Shown: positions 1 through 8,579, counted from the first letter of the stretch. The stretch: DNA of 64,000 bases from Candidatus Deferrimicrobiaceae bacterium (GCA_963792415.1 CAWBVY010000006.1:608001-672000), one strand, 5' to 3'. A program made the numbers and translations. Notes: generated from the sequence alone by a model not told the origin.

Positions 1-496
1 CCGCCAGTACCGCGACGTCGCCGATCGTCGAGACGAGACCGGAGGAGAGGAGTTCCTGGAGCGCCTCGACGTCGGAGGTCAGGCGCGTCATGAGTCTCCC
101 GGTCGGCGTGCGGTCGAAGAAGACGACGGGGAGCCGCTGCATCCGCGCGAACATCTCCCGGCGCAGGGCGAGGATCACCCGCTGCCCGAGGATCGACACG
201 GTGTACATCTGCAGGAAGAGGAACCCCATCGCGCCGACAAGGGCCGCGAAGTACAGGAGGACCCAGCGCCCCATCCCGGACAGCTGACCGGTCATCACGT
301 TCCGGTCGATGACGATCTTGATGAGGTACGGCCCCGCCAATTGGCATGCGGTCCCGCAGAGGAGCGCGGCCAGCGCCGCGGCGAGGAGACGCCGATGAGG
401 AACGACGTACCGCAGGAGACGCCCGAGGAGACGCCGGTCGATCCCCCGGGTTTCGACGCGGTCGTCCGTGAAGAAGTCGTCCGGCCCGTGCCTCAC
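1..496 (-). CDS. ABC exporter permease/ATP-binding subunit (MdlB/YheH-like), N-terminal part, runs off window
   Basis: Manual translation from GTG at 496 (overlaps stop of upstream gene, GTGA): ...LLRYVVPHRRLLAAALAALLCGTACQLAGPYLIKIVID...FFDRTPTGRLMTRLTSDVEAL, typical ABC TM type-1 domain. Confidence 0.85.
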   Translation of the reverse strand, partial: MRHGPDDFFTDDRVETRGIDRRLLGRLLRYVVPHRRLLAAALAALLCGTACQLAGPYLIKIVIDRNVMTGQLSGMGRWVLLYFAALVGAMGFLFLQMYTVSILGQRVILALRREMFARMQRLPVVFFDRTPTGRLMTRLTSDVEALQELLSSGLVSTIGDVAVLA

Positions 497-2295
497 GACG
501 ACTCCTCCAGCTCCCGGGCGAGCATCTGGCGGGAATACAGGTCGAAGTAGGCGCCGCGCAGGGAAAGAAGGTCGTCGTGCGTCCCCTCCTCGGCGATCCG
601 GCCGTCCGCCAGCACGAGGATCCGGTCGCACCGGGAGAGGGAGGCCATCCGGTGCGTGCTGAACAGGACGGTCCGCTCCCCCTTTTCCGAGAGGATCCCC
701 TCGAAGATCTCCCGCTCCGTCTCGGCGTCCACGGCGGAGAGGGCGTCGTCCAGCAGCAGGATCCTTGCTTCGGCGCACAGCGCGCGGGCGATCGTGGCCC
801 GCTGCTTCTGCCCCCCCGAGAGCGAGATCCCCCGCTCCCCCACGACGGTGTCGAACCCGTCCGGCATCTCCTCGACCTCGGCGAGGAAGCGGGCGAGGCC
901 GGTCGCCTTCCTCGCGGCGTCCGGATCGGTCCGTTCCAGGCCGAAGCAGACGTTCTCGAGGACGGAGTCGGAGAAGAGGAACGGGTCCTGGGAGACGACG
1001 GCGAAGCGGCGGCGCAGTTCGGGAAGCGGGATCGCCGACGCGTCGATCCCTTCGAGGAAGACCGTTCCGGGCGGCGCGGGGTAGAGTCCGGAGAGCACGG
1101 AGAAGAGCGTGCTCTTCCCGCCGCCCGTGGGCCCGACCAGCCCCAGCACTTCCCCTTTCCCCGCGGAGAAGGAGACGCCCCGGAGCGCCTCCCCCCTCCC
1201 GTCGCCCCCGTGGGAGAAGGCCAGGCCGCGGACCTCCAGGAGCGGCGGCTCGGCGATCCCCGATTCCGGCGCATCCCCGATCGGCGGCGTCCCCGCCGCC
1301 GCGGGCTGCGTACCGTCTTCGGAAAACTCCACGGGCAGCCGCAGGAACTCGTTGATCCGTCCCATGGCGGAGCTCCCCCGCTGGAAGAGGTTGATCACCC
1401 ACCCCATCGCCATCGTCGGGAAGGAGAGCATCGCGAGGTACGCGTTGAAGGCGACGAACCCCCCGAGGGTGAGGTCGCCCCTGGCGACGGCCGCTCCACC
1501 GAGGAACAGGACGAGGGCGACGCCCGCGCCGGCGAGCAGGCCGATCGCCCCGTGGAACGCCGCGGAGGTTCGCGCGACGGCCAGGTTGTGCCGGTAATAC
1601 CGCTCGCACTCCGCGGAGAACCGCTCCTCCTCCCGCGCCTCGAGGGTGAACGCCTTCACCAGGCGGATCCCGGAGACGTTCTCCTGCAGCGCCCCGTTCA
1701 TCGAGGCGAGCGACTCCTGGACCAGGCGATGCCGCCGGTGGAAGGCGCGCCCGTACTCCCGGGAGAGGTACACTACCGCGGGGGCGATCAGCAGCGAGAC
1801 GAAGGTGAGCGTGGGACTGATCCGGAGCATGAATGCGATCGCGAGCAGCCACGAGATGACGGTCCCGACGAGCATGAGCAGGCCGGGGCCGAGGAAGAGC
1901 CACACGGCGGTGAGGTCGTTCGTCAGGCGTGACATCACGTCCCCGGTCGGGGTCGCGTGGAAGAAACGGATCGGGAGGCGAAGCACGTGGGAGAAGAGGC
2001 GCCTCCGCACCTCCTGTTCCACGTCCCGCGCGGCCACGAACAGCGACCGGCGCGAAAGGAACCGGAAGACGGCGTGCAGGATCGAGAAGAGGATCATGAG
2101 CCCGACGGCGCGAAGAAGAGGGCCCGCGCCGGGGGGGCCGCCCCCCCGCGTGGCGGATACGGCGTCCACCGCCTCCCGGGTCATCCAGGGGACGAGGAGA
2201 CCGAAGACGCTGGCGACGAGGAGACCGAGGACGCACAGGGCGTACACCCGCCGCCGCGTGGCGAGGTGCGGGCGCAGGGTGAGCAGCTCGCGAAT
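493..2295 (-). CDS. ABC exporter permease/ATP-binding subunit (MdlA/YheI-like, degenerate Walker B)
   Basis: TM domain, Walker A GPTGGGKS, LSGGQ, LLLDDALSAVD; ORF track starts at 2247 but frame is open to 2298 with ATT at 2295. Confidence 0.9.
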   Translation of the reverse strand: MRELLTLRPHLATRRRVYALCVLGLLVASVFGLLVPWMTREAVDAVSATRGGGPPGAGPLLRAVGLMILFSILHAVFRFLSRRSLFVAARDVEQEVRRRLFSHVLRLPIRFFHATPTGDVMSRLTNDLTAVWLFLGPGLLMLVGTVISWLLAIAFMLRISPTLTFVSLLIAPAVVYLSREYGRAFHRRHRLVQESLASMNGALQENVSGIRLVKAFTLEAREEERFSAECERYYRHNLAVARTSAAFHGAIGLLAGAGVALVLFLGGAAVARGDLTLGGFVAFNAYLAMLSFPTMAMGWVINLFQRGSSAMGRINEFLRLPVEFSEDGTQPAAAGTPPIGDAPESGIAEPPLLEVRGLAFSHGGDGRGEALRGVSFSAGKGEVLGLVGPTGGGKSTLFSVLSGLYPAPPGTVFLEGIDASAIPLPELRRRFAVVSQDPFLFSDSVLENVCFGLERTDPDAARKATGLARFLAEVEEMPDGFDTVVGERGISLSGGQKQRATIARALCAEARILLLDDALSAVDAETEREIFEGILSEKGERTVLFSTHRMASLSRCDRILVLADGRIAEEGTHDDLLSLRGAYFDLYSRQMLARELEESS

Positions 2296-2298
2296 CGC

Positions 2299-3132
2299 TT
2301 AGCCCCTGCCGATCGGGAACGGATCGAGGGTGAAGCAGAGAAGGAACAGGAGGCACGCCGCCGCGCCGAATGCGCGCCGCGCCGGAGTCAGCGGGACCTC
2401 CTCGGCCATCGGCCTCGGGTGCCCCGTCCCCATGACGAAGAGGAGCACCGCCCAGACGAACCAGCCGTTCCCCGCGAGGCCCATCAGTAGGAGCGCGTAG
2501 GGGATCAGCCGGGCGACCTCCGAGAACCGCTCCCCGAACAGGGCGAAGGCGACGTGCCCGCCGTCGAGCTGTCCCGCGGGGATGAGGTTCAGCATGGTGA
2601 TGTACAACCCGAGCCAGCCCGCGTACGCAACGGGGTGGAGGATCACGTCGTACCCCGCGGGGATCTCTCCCAGGACGACCCGCGAGAGGATCTTGAACAG
2701 CAGGGACTCTCCGAGGGGCACCCCGAGGGCGCCCGTCGTCTTCCGCACTTCGGAAATGGCGAGACCGGCGATCAGCACGGGAATCGCGACCAACGCTCCG
2801 GCCAGCGGTCCCGCGGCGCCGATGTCCATGAGGGCGTTCCGGTCCGGGAACGGCGATTTCAGCTTGATCACTGCCCCCATCGTTCCCGGCAGCGGCGGGA
2901 TCGGGAGGAAGGGGATGAAGAACGGCAGGGAGACCCGGACGCGGTGCCGGCGCGCCGCCGTGTAGTGCCCCATCTCGTGCACCCCGAGAATCGACAGCAG
3001 CGGGACGTTGAACACGAGGCCGAGAAGCAGGTCCGCGGGGCGTGCGAGAGGATTCCCCCCGGCGAGGAACGACCCGGCGAACAGCGTCGTTACGAAGGTG
3101 GCCAGAAGCAGCAGGGTCGGTACCGTTGGAAT
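2299..3132 (-). CDS. Site-2 protease family (M50) membrane metalloprotease
   Basis: HEMGH zinc motif, NLIPAGQLDGGH motif; first TM segment lies upstream of the track start (3015), so start is uncertain (ATT at 3132 proposed). Confidence 0.88.
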   Translation of the reverse strand: MPTVPTLLLLATFVTTLFAGSFLAGGNPLARPADLLLGLVFNVPLLSILGVHEMGHYTAARRHRVRVSLPFFIPFLPIPPLPGTMGAVIKLKSPFPDRNALMDIGAAGPLAGALVAIPVLIAGLAISEVRKTTGALGVPLGESLLFKILSRVVLGEIPAGYDVILHPVAYAGWLGLYITMLNLIPAGQLDGGHVAFALFGERFSEVARLIPYALLLMGLAGNGWFVWAVLLFVMGTGHPRPMAEEVPLTPARRAFGAAACLLFLLCFTLDPFPIGRG

Positions 3133-3208
3133 CTCTCCTTCCCCTTCGGGGAAAAATCCGGTGTACTATCCCCTGTTAAGATCACCGACAGGAGGGGCGG
3201 GTTCCCTG

Positions 3209-3772
3209 GTGCGGCTCCTTTGCGACATCCCGTCGGGCACGGAAGCGCTGGTCCATATCTGCTGCGCCCCCGACGCATCATACGGCATTCGCGCGTTGCG
3301 GGACCGGTTCGACGTCACCGGCTTCTTTTATAACCCAAACATTCACCCCCGGGAAGAGATCCGGAAGCGGCTCCAGGCGGCCTTCGAACTTCACGAGAAG
3401 GACCCCTTCTCCCTGGTGGTAGGCACCGGCGGCGAGGAGTCGTGGGAAGAGGCCGCCCGGGGGATGGAGGCCGAACCCGAGCGGGGGCGTCGGTGCGAGG
3501 CGTGCGTCCGGCTTCGCCTTCGGGAAACAGCGAGGAAAGCCGCGGAACTCGGGATGCCCGCCTTCGGCACGGTGCTGACCGTCAGCCCGAAGAAGGACGC
3601 CGCAATGGTGAACCGCGTGGGACGCGAGGAGGGGGAGCGCTCCGGGGTCCGCTTCGTCGAGGCGGACCTGAAAAAGGGGGACGGGTACCTCAAAAGCGTC
3701 CGCGCCAGCAGGGAGTTGGGGCTCTATCGCCAGAGCTACTGCGGGTGCAGGTACTCCATAAATGGGAAATGA
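3209..3772 (+). CDS. queH: Epoxyqueuosine reductase QueH (DUF208)
   Basis: HICCAPD, FFYNPNIHP, CEAC, YRQSYCGCRYS motifs; GGAGG at 3191, GTG at 3209. Confidence 0.9.
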   Translation: MRLLCDIPSGTEALVHICCAPDASYGIRALRDRFDVTGFFYNPNIHPREEIRKRLQAAFELHEKDPFSLVVGTGGEESWEEAARGMEAEPERGRRCEACVRLRLRETARKAAELGMPAFGTVLTVSPKKDAAMVNRVGREEGERSGVRFVEADLKKGDGYLKSVRASRELGLYRQSYCGCRYSINGK

Positions 3773-3774
3773 CT

Positions 3775-3888
3775 GCCCTCCTTCGCTCCGTGACACAACA
3801 GAAATACCGAAGTCCCGGAGCTACGGAGGGCTATCCTCCGTAGCTCGAAATTTCCAGGGTTTTATTATAATTTCGAGCGAAGGAGGAT
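3775..3888. repeat. Pair of inverted REP-like hairpin units abutting the tRNA-Sec 3' end
   Basis: Unit A GCCCTCCTTCGCTCCG...CGGAGCTACGGAGGGC (3775-3831); unit B ATCCTCCGTAGCTCGAAATT...AATTTCGAGCGAAGGAGGAT (3833-3888), same arms in opposite orientation. Confidence 0.7.
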
Positions 3889-3983
3889 GGCGGAAGCGTG
3901 AGGGAATCGAACCCACCGGAGACGTTTCCGCCTCCCGACCGGATTTGAAGTCCGGGGGGGCCACCAGCGCCCCATCCGCTTCC
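3888..3983 (-). tRNA. selC: tRNA-Sec (anticodon UCA)
   Basis: GGAAGCGG...CCGGACTTCAAATCCGG anticodon arm, long variable arm with GAAA loop, TTCGATT T-loop, GCCA end. Confidence 0.95.
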
Positions 3984-4070
3984 GTCCATTAACCGTTACC
4001 CGTAAGGATTCGTACCCTTCCTGCCGATAATACACCAAATGGAGATTTTCTCGGATGAGGAAAGGAGTGC

Positions 4071-4859
4071 GTGATGCGACGGTTTCTCGCGGTTGTGACG
4101 GCGGCGGGACTCCTTCTCACGGCGGGGAGCGCGTTTGCGCCATCGGCGTTCGCGCTCGGGGCGGGCGTGCGCGGGATGTACTGGGATTCGACGATCTCCG
4201 GAAATGTCCAGACGGTCACCAGTGGCGTTCCCGAAACCGAGTTGGACGTGAAGAGCGACCTGGGGATGAAGGACGAGGGCGTTTTCAACGGGGAGGTTTT
4301 CCTCAAGGCGGGTTCCTTCACCTTCCGTGTCGCGTACACCCCGCTGAAATTCACCGGTTCCGCCGTGTTGTCGCGATCGATCGATTTCGACGGGAACACG
4401 TTCCCGGCGGGGACCCCCGTATCCTCGAAACTCGAGACGAAGATGATCGACGGCGACGTGCAATGGGACCTGCTCAACCCGGACCTCGGAGTGGCCAAGA
4501 TGAACCTCGGCGTCTTCCTGCGTCTGAAATATGTCGACGGCTCCGTGGAGATCTCCAGCGACAACCCCGTGTTGCCGGTTTCCGCCGCGCAGGACTTCCG
4601 GCTCCCGATCCCGGAGGTCGGGGCCGCCGCGGGGATCGGCTTCCTGAAGGACATCGTCCGCGCCGACGCCCGCGTCAGCGGGATGGCGTACTCGGGGAGC
4701 CACCTCTACGAGGGGGACGCCTTCCTCTCGGTGATCCCCTTCCCGTTTCTCCGGCTGCAGGGGGGATACCGGTTCATCGACCTGAAGGCGGACGAGAACG
4801 ACCTCAAGGGCACGCTGAAGATCAAGGGCCCTTACGCGGGGATCCAGGTCGCGTTCTGA
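4071..4859 (+). CDS. Outer membrane beta-barrel protein (TIGR04219-like)
   Basis: Signal peptide, alternating beta-strand pattern, C-terminal GPYAGIQVAF ending in Phe. Confidence 0.75.
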   Translation: MMRRFLAVVTAAGLLLTAGSAFAPSAFALGAGVRGMYWDSTISGNVQTVTSGVPETELDVKSDLGMKDEGVFNGEVFLKAGSFTFRVAYTPLKFTGSAVLSRSIDFDGNTFPAGTPVSSKLETKMIDGDVQWDLLNPDLGVAKMNLGVFLRLKYVDGSVEISSDNPVLPVSAAQDFRLPIPEVGAAAGIGFLKDIVRADARVSGMAYSGSHLYEGDAFLSVIPFPFLRLQGGYRFIDLKADENDLKGTLKIKGPYAGIQVAF

Positions 4860-4893
4860 GAGACGGGGTGGGACCCTCCCGGTGAAATTCTCA

Positions 4894-4921
4894 TTGAACG
4901 GATCCCGCGGGAAGGTACAAT
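4894..4921 (+). promoter_or_regulatory. Putative sigma70 promoter for tRNA-Val
   Basis: TTGAAC-16 bp-TACAAT directly upstream of the tRNA. Confidence 0.55.
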
Positions 4922-4933
4922 AGGGGTCTCTTT

Positions 4934-5008
4934 GGGCGCTTAACTCAGCGGTAGAGTGCCACCTTCACACGGTGGAAGTCACAGGTTCAAATCCTGTAGC
5001 GCCCACCA
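4934..5008 (+). tRNA. tRNA-Val (anticodon CAC)
   Basis: GGGCGCT acceptor, CCACC-TTCACAC-GGTGG anticodon arm, GTTCAAATC T-loop, CCA end. Confidence 0.97.
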
Positions 5009-5019
5009 CCGGAATACAA

Positions 5020-5053
5020 GGGCTGGCGGGTTTTCCCGTCAGCCCATTTTCTT
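5020..5053 (+). terminator. Rho-independent terminator after tRNA-Val
   Basis: GGGCTGGCGGG-TTTT-CCCGTCAGCCC hairpin followed by ATTTTCTT. Confidence 0.75.
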
Positions 5054-5265
5054 GCCCTGCTTGCTACTCATTTGAGTCTCTTGTCACACCCTCCCCTTCC
5101 GTCGATCCTGCGCGATCCTCGTTCGTCTACCACGGCTTTGTATGGAGGCCGGAACCATTGTCCATCGCCATCGCCGATTGGCTGATCAAGTGATCTACCG
5201 TTGGAACGTTCGGTGAGAGAGGAATATTCCGTTTCCTTCGTGCCGAAGAGGTACCGCCCGAGCAG

Positions 5266-5538
5266 TTAGTGCGATCCTATATCTCGGGCTAACGCCTTCT
5301 CGATAAGCGCACTCGGAGTGTAACGGTTTATTTGGACTGCCCGTGTATTCCCGCACTGGCAGTCCCATAGAATTGCCCTGATCAGATGAGTCCCGATTGG
5401 ATCGACCAATGCCAGATCTTCTATCCGTCCGCATATCGAGCAGGGGGTTGACTTCGAACCACTGCGGCGTACAGCAATACCCAAAAAAAACATCGCCGCG
5501 CCGACGAGACCGAGACCGAGTAACAGGCGTTCGCGCAC
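5266..5538 (-). CDS. Small membrane-anchored protein with CxxC...CxC putative zinc ribbon
   Basis: N-terminal hydrophobic helix, CSIC and CQC motifs, GGGAGA RBS before GTG; lower GC than flanks. Confidence 0.6.
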   Translation of the reverse strand: MRERLLLGLGLVGAAMFFLGIAVRRSGSKSTPCSICGRIEDLALVDPIGTHLIRAILWDCQCGNTRAVQINRYTPSALIEKALARDIGSH

Positions 5539-5553
5539 AGTACGTTCTCCCTA

Positions 5554-5625
5554 TTCCTGAAGTCCGAAAATGCACCGCCCGTGCAGTTCGCGCCACTTGC
5601 GGTTCGACAGCCGCTCCATCATCCC
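5554..5625. repeat. 72-bp direct repeat, copy 1
   Basis: TTCCTGAAGTCCGAAAATGCACCGCCCGTGCAGTTCGCGCCACTTGCGGTTCGACAGCCGCTCCATCATCCC; matches 6187-6258 with one mismatch. Confidence 0.95.
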
Positions 5626-5804
5626 TACCCTGCGAAGAGTCGGATTCAGACCGAGTGTATAACGTGGGGTGGGATGAAGATAGCGTAAGGTTGGGGGGGG
5701 ACCCCCCGGACACGAACACGGGAACCTCCCCATTTATTTCCACATCCATTCCCTTCCGCTTGTTATAGTCCCCGGTGACGGCAATCTAATTTCGAGGGAC
5801 TGAA

Positions 5805-6158
5805 ATGACCATAGACCGGAAAGGTTTTCTGGCGATTATGCTATACCTGCTGGCGGGGTTTGTCGTCGTTGACGCTATTTATTTTTTTGCATTAAAAGAG
5901 GTTTTCCCCATAAAACCTGTTGAAAACTACAGTAAATACGAGGATGAGAGTGATACGTCGTACAATAAAATGTCTGGGCGGCGCCCAACGCAAAGAATCG
6001 TAAACATGCAAAACAGGAGAAACATTAGAAACCGTAGAAAGTGGTTCAACAAAGTTCTGGTTATCGAGGGGATTGCATACATCGCAATCGGTCTCGTGGG
6101 TGGCGGGTTATTACTGCGGAAGGGGAAGATTGAATGGAAGGGGAAGGCCGTAAAGTGA
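5805..6158 (+). CDS. Hypothetical two-TM membrane protein, AT-rich
   Basis: GAGGGA RBS, ATG, two hydrophobic segments, AT-rich codons unlike host genes. Confidence 0.65.
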   Translation: MTIDRKGFLAIMLYLLAGFVVVDAIYFFALKEVFPIKPVENYSKYEDESDTSYNKMSGRRPTQRIVNMQNRRNIRNRRKWFNKVLVIEGIAYIAIGLVGGGLLLRKGKIEWKGKAVK

Positions 6159-6186
6159 GGGTGCCGTTGCGGGAAGGTTATTCCCT

Positions 6187-6258
6187 TTCCTGAAGTCCGA
6201 AAATGCACCGCCCGTGCAGTTCGCGCCGCTTGCGGTTCGACAGCCGCTCCATCATCCC
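6187..6258. repeat. 72-bp direct repeat, copy 2
   Basis: Same as 5554-5625 except one A/G difference. Confidence 0.95.
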
Positions 6259-6277
6259 GTTCATCGCCAGCACATCG

Positions 6278-6342
6278 CCTACCGTCCCGTGCCTAACCCC
6301 AACATACGCTACCTTGCCAGACCCTGCCGTGCCGTGCCCTGC
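6278..6342. repeat. Degenerate 5-bp tandem repeat (about 13 units, CnT(G/A)C-like)
   Basis: cctac cgtcc cgtgc ctaac cccaa catac gctac cttgc cagac cctgc cgtgc cgtgc cctgc. Confidence 0.7.
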
Positions 6343-6492
6343 CATAAAACAGCTTCGAGAGGAGGGGGGCCGGTTCCCGCTTTTTGGGCCCGGTGTTCCT
6401 TCAGTCATATTACTATACTAAAAAATAAGGACATTCGGATTCGGCAGTTCGAGGGCACCGCGGGAATGGCGAACCGCGGGAAAGGAGCATCC

Positions 6493-7317
6493 ATGGCCAT
6501 CGTGACGATATCGAGGAAATGCGGGACGGGGGCCAGGGAGGTCGCCAGGGCCGTAGCGAAAAGGCTCCGGTATGAATTCGTCGGCAAGGAGTCGATCTAC
6601 AAGGAAATCGAAGTGTACGGGAAGGAGTGGCTGGATTGGGTCGCGCGGCTGGACGATCGCGCTCCCACCCTCCTGGAACGGTACGACCAGTCCCACGCCG
6701 CATACCTGGCGCTGGTGGAACATTGCATCTACGTGAACGCACTGAAGAACGACGTGGTCATCCTGGGCCGCGGGGGGAACTATCTCCTCGAAAAGATCCC
6801 TTACTCGCTGCGGGTCCGTATCACGGCGTCCGCGAAGGATCGCGGCAAGGTCCTCTGCGACCGGTTCGGAATCGATGAGGCGGCGGCCCGGAAAATGGTG
6901 ACGCAGAGCGACCACGAAAGATCCATCTACATAAAAAGGGGCTACCACAGGAACTGGGACAACCCCGACGATTACGACATGGTATTGAATTCCGGGAGGA
7001 TGGGCTTCGACGAACTGGTGGCCCAGATCGTGAGCGAAATCCCCGCGAGAGACCGGCTTTTCACGCCGGAAACCGAGGAACAGCTGCGCCGGCTGGAACT
7101 GGCGTCGCGGGTCAAGGTGGAGATCATCACCCGTTTCTACATGTTTATCAGTACATTGGAAGCACATCACGACGGAACGGCCATCGTCCTTCGCGGCGTA
7201 TGCCTGCTGACGAAGGAAAAGGCGCGGGAATTGATGGAAACCGCGGTGCGCTCGGCGGGAGCGACCCGGATACGGAACGAACTCTATACCGGACCGCCCG
7301 CCGGGGAGGAATCCTGA
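6493..7317 (+). CDS. Cytidylate kinase-like family protein with C-terminal BON-like domain
   Basis: MAIVTISRKCGTGAREVA, VILGRGG, YDMVLNS motifs; AAGGAG RBS at 6482. Confidence 0.8.
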   Translation: MAIVTISRKCGTGAREVARAVAKRLRYEFVGKESIYKEIEVYGKEWLDWVARLDDRAPTLLERYDQSHAAYLALVEHCIYVNALKNDVVILGRGGNYLLEKIPYSLRVRITASAKDRGKVLCDRFGIDEAAARKMVTQSDHERSIYIKRGYHRNWDNPDDYDMVLNSGRMGFDELVAQIVSEIPARDRLFTPETEEQLRRLELASRVKVEIITRFYMFISTLEAHHDGTAIVLRGVCLLTKEKARELMETAVRSAGATRIRNELYTGPPAGEES

Positions 7318-7365
7318 CCCTCCGCCCGCCGCATTCGGCATTGTCGATCCGCGCAGGAGATCGAA

Positions 7366-7394
7366 TTGACATCTCCGGACGACGGGAGTATGGT
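7366..7394 (+). promoter_or_regulatory. Sigma70 promoter of terC operon
   Basis: TTGACA-17 bp-TATGGT. Confidence 0.7.
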
Positions 7395-7400
7395 TAGCCT

Positions 7401-7568
7401 AGAGAAAAGATCGTTTCCACTGGCGACTCCGGAAGGAGGAGTGGAATGAACTTTCTCTGTCTAGCGGCGGTTTGCGTTTCCCTCCCTTCATTGCGGCGGC
7501 GGTCGGGGAAAAATATTCTCCTGGCCAAGCGTGCGCGCATCGCATCTCCTTCTTCATAAGGAGGGGCC
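7401..7568 (+). promoter_or_regulatory. Structured 5' leader of terC with 37-aa uORF (7446-7559)
   Basis: Nested stems AGAGAAAAG/CTTTCTCT, TTCCACT/AGTGGAA, CTCC-GGAA-GGAG; second hairpin CTCCTT/AAGGAG masks the terC RBS. Confidence 0.5.
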
Positions 7569-8579
7569 ATGGACGTCGTAGCGTTGTGGGGACTCTTCGC
7601 GGGACTGGTGCTGGGGACGCTCTTCGTCGACCTCCTCAAGTTCAACAAGAACCCCCATGTGATGTCTCTTCGGGAGGCTTCCGTGTGGTGCGGCATCTGG
7701 GTCTCCCTGGCCGCGTCGTTCGGAGCCGCCGTTTTCTACCTCGAGGGGTCGGTCAAGGGGCTGGAGTTCGTCACGGGCTACATCATCGAGTGGTCCCTGA
7801 GCGTGGACAACCTCTTCGTGTTCATCGTGATCTTCCGCTACTTCGCCGTCCCGCCGGCCTTTCAGCACCGGGTGCTCTTCTGGGGGATCATGGGAGCCAT
7901 CGTCCTGCGGGGCATCTTCATCGCCGCCGGCGTCGGCCTGCTGACGTATTTCCACTGGACGATCTACCTCTTCGGGGCCTTCCTGGTCTACACGGGAGTA
8001 AAGCTCCTGCGCGCGGGAGAGGTGGAGGTCGAGCCGCAGAAAAACCCGGTTCTCCGATTTTTCAAACGCCTCATGCCGATCGAGACCGGATACGACAAGC
8101 AGAGCTTCTTCGTGCGGCGGAATGATCGCCTGGTCGGGACCGCCCTCGTTCCGGTCCTGATCGTCATCGAGACGACCGACGTCATGTTCGCCGTGGACTC
8201 GGTGCCCGCCATCCTCGCCATCACCCGCGACCCCTTCATCGTGTACACGTCCAACATCTTCGCCATCCTCGGCCTCCGCGCCCTGTACTTCCTGCTCGCG
8301 GGGGTCATGGGAATGTTCCGGTACCTCAAGATCGGGCTCTGCTTCGTCCTCTCGTTCGTGGGGATCAAGATGCTGATCTCCGACTTCTACAAGATCCCGA
8401 TCACGGTGTCGCTCGGTGTCGTGGCGGGCATCCTGGCGGCCTCGATCGTGGCATCCCTCGTTTTCCCCGAGGCCGACAAACCCGCGGAGGCGCAGCACAC
8501 CGATGCATCGGCGGCACCGAAGGGCGAACCGGCGGGTCCGGACGCCAATGGAAAGGACATCCAGCATCGCGCCGCCTGA
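7569..8579 (+). CDS. terC: TerC/Alx family membrane protein (metal/Mn efflux-like)
   Basis: EWSLSVDNLFVF, QHRVLFWG, DVMFAVDSVPA, SNIFAILGLRALYF motifs. Confidence 0.93.
   Translation: MDVVALWGLFAGLVLGTLFVDLLKFNKNPHVMSLREASVWCGIWVSLAASFGAAVFYLEGSVKGLEFVTGYIIEWSLSVDNLFVFIVIFRYFAVPPAFQHRVLFWGIMGAIVLRGIFIAAGVGLLTYFHWTIYLFGAFLVYTGVKLLRAGEVEVEPQKNPVLRFFKRLMPIETGYDKQSFFVRRNDRLVGTALVPVLIVIETTDVMFAVDSVPAILAITRDPFIVYTSNIFAILGLRALYFLLAGVMGMFRYLKIGLCFVLSFVGIKMLISDFYKIPITVSLGVVAGILAASIVASLVFPEADKPAEAQHTDASAAPKGEPAGPDANGKDIQHRAA

Noticed and set aside
5554-6258. Integron attC or Xer dif sites as the identity of the 72-bp repeat
   Set aside because: No RYYYAAC/GTTRRRY ends and no XerC/XerD consensus arms are recognisable.
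7381-7470. yybP-ykoY or c-di-GMP-I riboswitch upstream of terC
   Set aside because: GGGAGTA overlaps the promoter spacer and -10 box so is not transcribed, and the other consensus elements of either family are not evident.
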